A stretch of 60,062 nt of DNA, filler included, from Sphacelaria rigidula (taxonomy: Eukaryota): NCBI GenBank assembly GCA_964200075.2. It is 6 parts of 6 records of this genome, joined end to end, with 100 filler letters (N's around TTAATTAATTAA, not from the genome) between each part and the next. Parts side by side here need not be neighbours in the genome. Positions count along the whole stretch, not along the records: positions 1 to 9,928 come from CAXNAA020007475.1; positions 10,029 to 19,956 come from CAXNAA020007476.1; 4 more parts are not named here. The stretch is one strand, 5' to 3'. A program made the translations under genes and the position numbers. The notes beneath the pieces are model-generated. The model was given only the letters and a program-made list of their open reading frames with translations, was not told the DNA's origin and did not search any database. Each line of letters begins with the position of its first letter. Positions within the stretch are counted from its first letter, which is position 1. This document shows positions 1-10,289 of this stretch, one piece after another.

Positions 1-190
1 AGGACGCGCCTCTGTGCGCTGAAAAACATGTTGAAAAATAGGGCAATGTTCCCGTCACCGCTACTACTGTTCTCTGTCACACACATGCCAGCAAGGACGG
101 TGCGTTGCGGCAAAGATAACAGATCCAATTTGAACTCGGGGGTTTTAATCATCGTTGATTTTACCCATGACATACGTGACCATTACTTCC

Positions 191-404
191 TTCCGGGACA
201 TCTGCCCGCCGTTCTCTGGTGGTCGCAGTTTCCACTTTGGCCAAACAAGACTTTTTTTTCAATTATTGTCCAAGAACTGTCAAGAAGGGTCAAATCTAGA
301 AAAAAACGCAATTTTGTTTTCACTGGACTTGACCGTTCTTGGACCAAAATTATTTTGCCAAAATAAAAACTGCGGCCACCGAAAAATGGGAACACGTCCT
401 GGAA
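191..404. mobile_element. Degenerate foldback/MITE-like inverted repeat
   Basis: Arm 191-~284 (ttccgggacatc...ggtggtcgcagtttcc...gtccaagaactgtcaag) matches the reverse complement of 328-404 (ttccaggacgtg...ggtggccgcagtttt...gtccaagaacggtcaag) with mismatches and indels. The ORF track gives near-identical peptides on both strands. Confidence 0.6.
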
Positions 405-3045
405 CCGCCCCAACTAGTAGCGCAAGTCATTCCAAGGGGTAAATCTCCGCCTAGCTCTCTTTCAGGGCGTAAAACGACGTACACGCTCCAAAAAGGCACT
501 TTTCCAGATTTGGTTCTTGTCTGTTTTAAGCAGCGGCCTAAGGTTTGAGCTTTTATGAGCACTCCATCTCACCCAAACAACCTGTTGAGTTATGTGAGAG
601 CACGCCACGATTAGCATTTCGCAAATGGTTGGGGAGCGGACCCCGTTTACACTAGGAGGGTGTTTATTTCTCCCGTGCCATAACGATCTCGAACCTCCTT
701 GCGAAGGAAAAAAAGTGCCCAGCTGGCTCATGGACACTCAAGGGGTTCCTGTAGTAACCTTCCTTTTTGTGTCACCGATTTGATTCAATTTCAGAGGCAT
801 CCTGGTGGAAATAGATGAAGAAAATAACGTCAGCATAATCCAGCTGTTTTGACTAACGACCTCCTCGTTAGCCCTACGAACTGCAAATATTTTGAGCACA
901 GATCTTCGTTTCCGAAAAAATGGTGAAATGTATCGAACTACAGTACTTGGTACAAAAATAAGGTGTAACAACTAGATTTCATGTTCACGTACAGTTTGTG
1001 TTGCACGTCGGCGAAGGAAATCACGGACTGCCTGTACTGTGCTTAAAATTCCTGTATCACAACGCATGTTATCACCCACTCGATCGCCCTCGTAATCCAC
1101 TTGCCCACGCTTCTATTTCATCAGAGCAAGGCTGTCCCCTTGCTCCCTTGATGAGACACAAGAACAAGAAAAACCATTAGCCGCCGCTCTTCTTTTCACG
1201 TCAACACTACAAGGTTCTTCTACAATCCTTCCTTTAATTTATCTTCTGTTTTTCTGTGGCTTCCCCTGCTGCATCTCCATCACTCATCTCTCGCTACCCC
1301 GGCCCCTACGAAAGAAAAGTCAAAGGGTATGCATGTATGTATACCTCTCATCACTCTACAAGCTAAAATTAGAAAAGGGCAGCCATCACGTGTAAGGTAA
1401 TATCTCCAGTAATACTGTGGTTTACATACCTTTCAATGGTAATTTTTGGGCTGCTCGACATCCAACATGGTCTTACCGGCGATACTTCCCACCACGACCA
1501 CTGAAAGCTCAAAAAGTGTGCCGACCGAACAGTTGTCGACAGAAACAGTCCCGGGCTAATACAGTGAGCATACTCAATCGATCACAGCAACCGCAACCGC
1601 AACAACAGCAGAGCACGACATACATAACGAATAGCGTAGGAACTACAACATAACCTGAAAAAAAGGCAGAAGTTTCAATCCATGACAAACATCATAATGA
1701 ACCCAACCAGGGGAAAAAGCAGCAAAAAGGCTTTGAAATATACTCAAACGTTTGTAATATTTCGAGTCAAGTGCGATTTCAGAGGAGAAAATAATGATAC
1801 AAATACAAGAGAGGGGGGAGAGAGAGGGCGGGGGAAGGGGGGGGAGGATGGTTTGCTGATGTTATCCTCGGAAAGAGCTGAGAAAAAACAGCACACACGG
1901 AAGTGGAAGGAACAACCGTTCCCATGTACTTGATTATTTTCCAGTAGCGAAACAACCTGCCAAGACAAGAAAAATAGAGACAGCACAAGGCAGTGTCGGA
2001 GAAAAACCGACGGCACAGCACAGCACACAAAACCAATACCGAAATCAAGACGTCCCACAAATCCACAAAAATAATTTCCACACGGAAAAAATGTCGTGTT
2101 GATGCATTTTTCTTGATGTTTGAGCGCGCGTCGCAACATCCGTATCTTTTTTTCACAATAAAACCACTGGGTGATGACAAGATACGCGTGCATATTTATG
2201 GCCAAAGCACGCTCCGAGCATCAATATAAGCCACATCAACACAGCTGCTTATCTTCACAAGCCAAGCGAGTTGATGAACTTTACACACAAAACTAGCAAC
2301 GCAATTTCCTCTGAATCAGAAAAAACAAAACGAGCACGCCCAACCCCCGTAACATGATCATAAATACAACCAACCCCCTTTTCCCAGATCAAAAACCATA
2401 AGAAACGGTCTGAAACTGTGTCCTGTCATCACCCAATAGGCGCCCATGATGGCAAAAAGGCTGCGCCAAAACGCTAGACTCTTCAAAGATGCCCACGCGA
2501 TCCGACCCTCTTAGGGGCATGCAAATCGGCCTGCCTACTTGTCTGCCTGTCTGTCTACCTGCCTCCCTATCGCAGTCTCCTGCTCACAAGCACGTGAGGG
2601 GAGGCAAAATAAAAAATCATGGCAACAGCACAAAAAATCACCCTTATCCGCTATGAATTTCAGAGCCGGCTGCCCTGTTCTGTGTGCTGACGAAAATAGC
2701 ATGAGTGCCTGAAGTTTAGTACAAATAATCCACGAGGGGCCAACTAAATGTCTTCTCTTCATACGATAGGATCATCTCGCTCTCCCTCTATTTCAAGACA
2801 CTAGCTGCTGCACGCTACAAGCTCAACGTGCCGGATTCGTGATCCGCCTCCTTTCCTCGGCTGACGCCGCTGGCGCTCCTATTCCCTGGACGAAAATACG
2901 CACAGATATTCAAGCGCACCAAAAACAAAAATGTAATACCACACAAAACCCTAGACACGGCATTTTAACAAAGACTCAACGTGATAGTTGTGTCTACCCT
3001 CTTGATAATGAATCTTCCCCCCCCCCCGCGCCCCCCCTCCCCCTG

Positions 3046-3074
3046 CATGAGTACACCCCCCCGCCACCACCACC
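3046..3074 (+). mobile_element. Extremely 5'-truncated retroposon tail (CATGAGTACA + C-rich tract)
   Basis: catgagtacaccccccc matches the terminus of the ~560-bp element (gatcatgagtacacccccc at 14070-14088, minus strand) and lies inside a C-rich tract. Confidence 0.45.
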
Positions 3075-4123
3075 GCTTCCCTCCCTTCCCTCCGCCCCGC
3101 CCGGAGAAAAACAACTAAAACGAATACAGGACGTGTGGAGCAAATGCCACAGATGGTGAGGGACAAAATCCGCAAGAACCATGTGAGAAATGGACCACGT
3201 AGGAGAGCTCTGCCTATGAAAAAAAAAAAGCAAGCGTCGTAATCATAATTTTTCTCCCCACTTGCTCGGTACATGTACATGAAAATTGATACAGCCCCCT
3301 CCCCCCTCCCCCCGCCGGCGGATTCTTTTTCTTGCGTTCCCATGTTGCTCTATATTGGTGACCCCAAGCTCGCGCAACAAGTGCGACAAAACGAGAGGGG
3401 CGAGGGTAATTAACTGAACATGTGCACGAATATATATAATCAAGGTGCTCTCATAACGTACGTACAGTACCACGAACACTCTACAACACACCATGACTGC
3501 TGCGGACCGCGTTGTGCAGAGTCGGTCGGGCACGATAGTAGCGGCAACAACGCAGCACACCACGGCTCTCACATTTCAGTGGCGCGTTTTCAAACGCACG
3601 GCATACAACAGCCCTACCTGATCAATACGGAGCTACTCCCGCACTATAAGGATCATGGACTGTCCACGACAAATTACGACAGGTATCAACGGATAAGAGC
3701 AGTGGAGCAGCAGCTTCCTCACATGTATAGACACGCAATACATAGAACGACGGACACATGCATTCCCGCCCGTCAAAGAAGAGTTTTCTTTCAACCGCAG
3801 GAAGCCCATGGATTTCATAGTCGACAACAACAGCAACGACGATCAACAGCGACGACGAAGACAACAGCGACAACAGAGCACCACAACTCACCGCCCAACA
3901 AAATGAACCCGAGACAGTTTAGGCACACACACACAACCACACACATGCACACACGCACGAACTGCTACTGCATCAACAATTGATTCAACTCTGGTGCAAG
4001 AAAACACTCATCCAAAACGACGACGCACATGTAACATGCACACACCCTAATTCCCAGTGTTGGTAACTTCGCCTCATTTCCAACTATCATGCCAACACAA
4101 GATTCGCATTTCCCCCTTTTCCA

Positions 4124-6672
4124 TCACGAAAATAGGGTAGCCGACGGTCTCCCCATCAAACCCGACGTGGACGAGGCCATGGTTGACACGCCCATTCCCC
4201 ATGGGTCTACACCCCCTCGCATACCGCCGCCGCCACCAATCGAGGCACTCATGTCGCTGGACCCACCAGCAGTGTTGGCACAGACGCTCTTCGATGAACA
4301 AGAGGAAAGTTCAGATGAGTAGGCCAAGAGAGGGAAGGGTGCCGCCGCTGAGGGCGATGAGCACAGGGGAAGCGATGGTGTTCGGCGGTGTTGGTACGGC
4401 TGTACACCACCGGGACCTTGGGTGGGGGTGTTGCTGTCACCACCGCTGCTGCTGCTGCAGCTGCTGGTACTGTTGTTGCTGTGCTCGTCCCGGCCGTGGG
4501 CACCCGGCAATCCCCTGCTGCTTCCGCCGACAACCCCTACGGCCGCCGGAAACGCACCATCACCCGCACTACCCATCTCCCCAAATTCCTGCAAGAGGGA
4601 CGCGTCGGTATCAAGTAGCGACCAGTCCAGCTGCGCAGACACTTCGGAACCGGGCATCGACAGCCCCGACAACGTGGACAGGTTACGCATATGCGAATGT
4701 TGCACTCCTCCTGCTCCAGCTGAGCTCCCCCCTCCCACTGGGCGCTTGCTACCCGTGCCACCACCGACTCCACCGAGCATCATCGCAGATCGCATGCCTC
4801 CCCTCGGCCCCTTGCCGTTGCCGCCGCCGTTTTCGCCGAGTGATGGTAACTCTGCCCAAGCTCCCATGCCACTAGCCCCGTCAAGCTGGCTGCTCCACCC
4901 GCCCCCAATACTCGCGAGAGGATTCCAAGTGGATGGATCCATGGCCGAAGAACCTGCCTCCTCTGCGCTGGATGCCCTGCTGCCGCCGCTCCCACCGTCA
5001 GCTGCTGTCGGCGTAACGAAAACAGCGGAATTATTGTTGCTGTGGTGGCTGCCTTCCCTGGCGCCGGCCGTCGATGCAGAAGTCAACTCGAATTGGTCAC
5101 TAGAAGACGGCCATCCGCTCGAGGCAGCGGCAACAGAACCTAATCGGTCGTCGTTAATCGATGCGTTGGGGTCAAAGGCGACATCAGCAGATGGGCATCG
5201 AGCGAGCGCTGCTCCAAATCCGAAAGCCTTATCGAGCCACAGGGGGAGTTGATCTTGCGGGTTCCCAGCCCCGCCACAGCCGCCGCCGCCGCCGCCGCCA
5301 GCAGTGGCGTCTCCGGCGCTACTCCACGCCCCAAAATAGACTCCCGACGAGTTCATCGCTCCCGACGTGCAGTCGGCGACGGAAGATGCCCGAGAGCTGG
5401 CACTGAAGACGTCGCTGCTGTTGTTATCCGCGTCATGACTCCCGCGCAAGTACGCGTCCATCGCTGCGCCGCTTCTTACCGACGACACTAACGATGGGGA
5501 TGCAGAGGGGCTCGGCGGCACTGCGTCCGCCCCCATATCTACAACGGCACTGCTTTGCATGACCCCTGACTTAAGACCACCGGCGCCACCGACGCCGCTC
5601 ACGAACGGGAGGAGACTCGGGGACGAGTCCACGGAAGAAGCGGCGGAAGAGGTTGACGGAGACATGCAGGAATTCATAGCCCACGGGTCAGCGACGATCC
5701 CTTTCCCCGCGCCGGACTGCTTCTTACGTTGCTGATGATGCGGTTGATGACTGGCCGGCAAGTTCTGCCGAGGAGCTGCTCCTTTCGTCTGGGACAGCAG
5801 CGACGCAAAGTCGTCGCCAACGTGCCCGCCGCCGCCGCTGACCGTCGTCTGCTTACCGACCGTGACGCCATTGCCCTTGCTTGCGTTTCTCTCGCCTCCG
5901 CCGCCAGCATTGACCGACTGCGCGTCCTTCTTGAGCTGCTTAGCATGCGCGCGAGCCCGGGCCCTCGCCTGCGCTTTCGCCTGCTTCTCCGCGGCAGTAT
6001 CCGCGGTCGCCGAACTGTTGGGTTGCTTACGGCCTTTCGGCCTTGCCGCTACGACGCTTTCGCCGCCGCCAACACCAGCACTCACCACGTTTTCCGCCGC
6101 CCAGCGCTCCGAAGGCTGTTGCGTTGCAGCCGAGCTATCCTCACTCCGGACTCCTGACTTTGTCGTAGAAGACCCACCGCCATCAGGGGGCTTACCGCCC
6201 GCGATCGCTCCCGCAGCGCTCATGCGTCGTTTCTTTCGAGCGGCCGGGGTTTTATCTCCCTCCCCTTGCTCAGATTCACCCGTCGTTTCCGCCCCGAAAC
6301 CATCATCGTGATGGGCTTCTGCGCTTGCTGCTTGGTCGCGATCCACGGCGTCAACTCCCCCCCGTCCCCTCCCAGTCGCTGCCGCTTCCGGTTGCTGTGC
6401 CGTCGCGCCAGTGCCAGCGGCGGAAGAAGTGTTTGCTTTGGCAGAGCCGTTTTTGGCGTGCTTCGGGTTGACGCGGCGCACCTTGACCAAGAGATGTGGA
6501 CAGTCCCGCAGGAAGAAGGGGTGGGAGTAGGTCCGGTCTGAGCAGTCGGCCACCTTCCGGAAGCCGTACATGTTGAGCTGCCGTTGAAAGCTGGAGAACT
6601 TGCCGTGGCGGTAGTTGGCCGTGAGGACGTCACGCTCGAAGTCCTTGTCATTGTGTACAGTGAACGAGTCTC
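4124..6672 (-). CDS. Heat-shock factor (HSF-type DNA-binding domain) transcription factor, large terminal exon; 5' exon(s) not located
   Basis: Acceptor ctacag| at 6673. Exon opens GDSFTVHNDKDFERDVLTANYRHGKFSSFQRQLNMYGFRKV...YSHPFFLRDCPHLLVKVRR, the C-terminal part of the HSF DBD (RQLNxYGFRK), followed by about 780 aa of Gly/Ser/Ala-rich sequence to a stop at 4124. Confidence 0.9.
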
Positions 6673-7373
6673 CTGTAGTTATAAGGGTGAGGTCAATGAG
6701 GGCCATCGAAAAAATATCGTGTTTGAGTTTTTTTTGTCAACCTCTCCGGACCGGGAGAGAGAGGTGGTCCATCTCCTCATGGGTTGAACCCCAAGCATCC
6801 CCTTCATTTGATACACTGGCGATGCCGTCAAAACGTTCGAGGTCAGAAGATATACACCACAACATACGTCCTGTACACGGTACTGCATTCACCACACAGG
6901 TGAAGGGTCGATTACAACTGGTGAGGTGTAATAAGGTCTCCTTCACATCGGACCAAGGTGAGTTTTGGAACAGAAGAGATACTCAGGATAGCGCATTCCG
7001 AAAAGCTTGCACCATTGACCGTGCACCCACGTTGCAAAGGTTTCAGAATGGGGCGAGACGCCGAGATTCCGCATTGCATCCGCTAAAAGCATTAAGCAGG
7101 ATCGGGGGCGGGAATGATACTTTACTCCTAACACGATGATGAATGACACTTGCGACACGACTTGCTTGGCCTGCACTCGTGGCACGATTCGCACTTGAGG
7201 TTATTTCAGCCTTTTGCACTTGATGAGTGTTTTTTTGTCAACTGTCGGTCCACCCGTGGCAACAGGATAAATCAGGTACAACAGTAAACGAAGGTAATAC
7301 TGGTTGCAGGAAACTCGACCAAAGACGATATTATTGGCAAAATGAAGATGTACCGGGACAGAATCTGCTTCGC

Positions 7374-7478
7374 CCCTAGACCGCGAGGGCGGTCTATCTG
7401 GACCATGCATACTTTTTTCGAGTGAAAATTGATGCCGAATCAGCAGGTGACCAACCCCCGCGGTCGAGAGGTCAAGGG
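7374..7478 (+). mobile_element. Diverged copy of piggyBac-type MITE
   Basis: ccctagaccgcgag...catgcata...gaaaattgatgccgaatcagcag...cgcggtc has the same layout as the 9692-9888 copies. Confidence 0.6.
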
Positions 7479-9691
7479 TCAATTAAATTAGCGGGCGAAG
7501 CTCGCATCAGGAGCCAAACCTCACACACTCACAGATTACGAGTAAATTAGCCCAAAGTGAATTAAAAGAAGCGCGACTATGGCCGAGTGTTGTACTCGGC
7601 TCTGACCCAGAATCGAAGACCTCTCCACAATCAGACGGAGGACTAAAACATGATATAGTTCCTGCTTCACTGCTGTGCTGTACCGCAGCAAAAACACTCA
7701 AGCCCTCTCTCGTGTGTTGGAGCTTCCACTGCCTCTACTCTCGTGGTGTGTTCATGCATTGCGAACACGGTGTGGATTGCATGAGCTGCGATATTGCCGT
7801 TGTGTTCGTCTCTGCAGAAAACATTGTTAGTCAGCACGCAGTGCTGGCTACAGACTGTTGAAAGCTTCATGGGTGTATTGACTGTTTCGTCTTCAGTGAG
7901 ACGAACAACGCGCTGTCGGTTGCTGCGACATCACTGCTGGTGCCGTGCGTTGGGCGCCTGTACTATACCATACTACTGTGTTGTGTTCAGTGTAAAATAC
8001 TGTTTTGGGCTGAAACGCGCTACGAGTTAGACCGCACGTACACTTGATTTTAGAGTACTCCCGTCGTGATTGCCAGGCGAAATGGGGCGATCTGATTGGC
8101 AGTTACCACGCGAATCTGTCCCGCTCCAAATGCAGTCGGCCATATTATTAATATCCATCATGTAAAATGAAAATGAATGGATCACGATATTTTGGGAGAC
8201 TCATACCATGTTTATTCGCGGACTGTGCAAGTATCAAGTAAATCGGCAGCGCAATGGTTCCCAACAGATACAGTAAAAGTATAAACCGCACGGCCGAACA
8301 TGCCCGTAAAATTGAGAGGGTGCAGGGTCCGTTTGTGGTTCGCTAACAACGCGCATCTCGAGACGCACAACAGACAGAATGGTGACTCGGCGGAGCGCCC
8401 CAACCCGTTCCCCTCACCGACGGACAGAGCTCTGGCCTTGTAATGGGTTGGGGAGTTATGAACCGCAGGAGGGGTACAACACACGGTCATAAAAACTCAA
8501 CAGCGACGCGATGTAGGGCCAGAGTGCACATGTACCCTCCAACGTCAGCATAGATAGCTGTAATGGGCGAGTAAGCCCTGAAGTGAAACAGGAGGTCTCT
8601 GTCGTATGATGTGCTATGGTAACCCTGTCTCAGCCCCGCGCCATCGGTTATGGTACTGTACTGGTTACATGGGCTCAACTTGAAAGTTGCCGCAACAATA
8701 CAGCTGGGCAGTAAACCGAGTAGCAACTTAAAGCGAGCAACCTGCCGCTCTGGGGCCCCGCCAGTCGCATAGAGTCGTATTCATCGACCATCCGAAACGA
8801 GAGCGCAACACGAAACATGTGCATGAAAAGCCGCTTCGGCTACTGGTACGGCACTTTACTGCTTGCTATTCTATACCTTTTCGTCACTGCTCCCACCAAA
8901 CCCCAAAATGCATGCATTTCTTTTTCCCTTACTCGAGTTTCCTGTCCTACCGTAGCGTTCCCATTCGTCGTGCCTTAGGTCGGTTCGTTGCCAACACGTT
9001 TGGACTCGTAGCGTATCACTCGAAGTGACAAAAGCAAATCAATCGATCGAACAAGTCAATCTTCAGGTCAAGAACGCGGACCATAAGCCTTTCGCATCCT
9101 GCACAAAAGAGGGCGCATGCAGAGTTTTAACGGTAAGAACTGCGTACTACCGACTGTACTGTGCTGACGGCGCTTGTTCTGTTGTGTATAGCGGTGAGAT
9201 TACCCCGCCCCCCCCTCCGCATCGAAAAGAAGAGCGCCAGTGATCTCGCGAAACGTTAGTATTTCCCTCGTATTGTACAAAACATACACTTTCGTAGACG
9301 AAGGGTAGCGCATAAAGGAGAAAAACAATACATACTGGTCGAGTGGCGACATGTCTCTCGTGAAAGAGGAAGAAGGAAATCAGGCATGGGGCGGCACTGA
9401 GAGGATGGCCGCGCGGGGGAGAGCGGAATCCGACTCGGCTGGATGTGTGCGAGTCATCTGCGGAGATTTTCCACCCAGACATTTTTATTGCATTAGTGAA
9501 GATCCGAAGATTTGACGGATGGCCGTGAGTGGAGATTACCCCACTTGGACGTAAAACGCGATGGTTGACACATACACTATTTCGTTCAACCATAACGCCA
9601 AGCCTGGTTACAACCCACCCCAACACTTGTGCAAGGGATATGCATGTAGTGCCATAGGTAAAGTAGGTGTTCATAGTTGTGCTACTTTTAA

Positions 9692-9928
9692 CCCTTAGGC
9701 CGCGAGATTAGTCTTTTTGGATCATGCATATTTTTTTCACTTGAAATTGATGCCGATTCAACAAAAGACTAACCTCGCGGTCTGAGGGTTAGCCCTTAGA
9801 CCGCGAGATTAGTCTTTCTTGATCATGCAACTTTCCCCACTTGAAATTGATGCCGATTAAACACAAGACTAACCTCGCGGTCTAAGGGTTTAACCCTAAC
9901 CCTTAGACCGCGAGGTTAGTCTTGTGTT
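9692..9928 (+). mobile_element. Tandem ~97-bp piggyBac-type MITEs (9692-9788, 9793-9888, inverted partial 9900-9928)
   Basis: TTAA|CCCTTAGRCCGCGAG(A)TTAGTCTT...AAGACTAACCTCGCGGTCTRAGGG|TTA, with ~24-bp TIRs. TTAA flanks and CCCT termini are piggyBac hallmarks. Confidence 0.8.
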
Positions 9929-10028
9929 NNNNNNNNNNNNNNNNNNNNNNNNNNNNNNNNNNNNNNNNNNNNTTAATTAATTAANNNNNNNNNNNNNNNN
10001 NNNNNNNNNNNNNNNNNNNNNNNNNNNN
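9929..10028. other. Artificial contig linker N44-TTAATTAATTAA-N44
   Basis: The identical 100-nt spacer, with stops in all six frames, recurs at 19957, 29985, 40012 and 50038. Confidence 0.98.
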
Positions 10029-10289
10029 GCCAGTACAGCAGCGGGGCAAGAAGATAGAAGATACGATCGTGGGACGCCTGGATGGTTTGCCATGAAAATT
10101 GTTTGGCACAAACGTGGGGCGCTTGTGTCAAAGGTGTTGGACTTGGCTTCAGGCTACGAGCCCGTGTTGCAGGCATCATTTAGTGTCGGTGAGCCAGCAA
10201 AATAACTGAAAAACACCAGACCCCCACCGAGCACCAGGACTGGGATGCCCCAGCACGTTGTCTATATTCCAGTACAATTTAAACGAATA

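Noticed and set aside
4183-6541. Long plus-strand ORFs opposite the HSF exon (and 56958-57881 opposite the adhesin)
   Set aside because: Antisense shadows of GC-rich coding sequence.
8107-8165. Candidate HSF 5' exon (MMDINNMADCIWSG…G|gtaact, minus strand)
   Set aside because: Phase fits, but it lacks the conserved F..KL..M and I.W pattern of the HSF N-terminal helix.
9688-9928. CRISPR-like repeat/spacer array
   Set aside because: The intervening sequences are homologous to each other and the repeats are inverted TIRs; eukaryotic context with no cas genes.
9973-9984. Recurrent TTAATTAATTAA motif every ~10 kb
   Set aside because: Artificial six-frame-stop linker within N padding.
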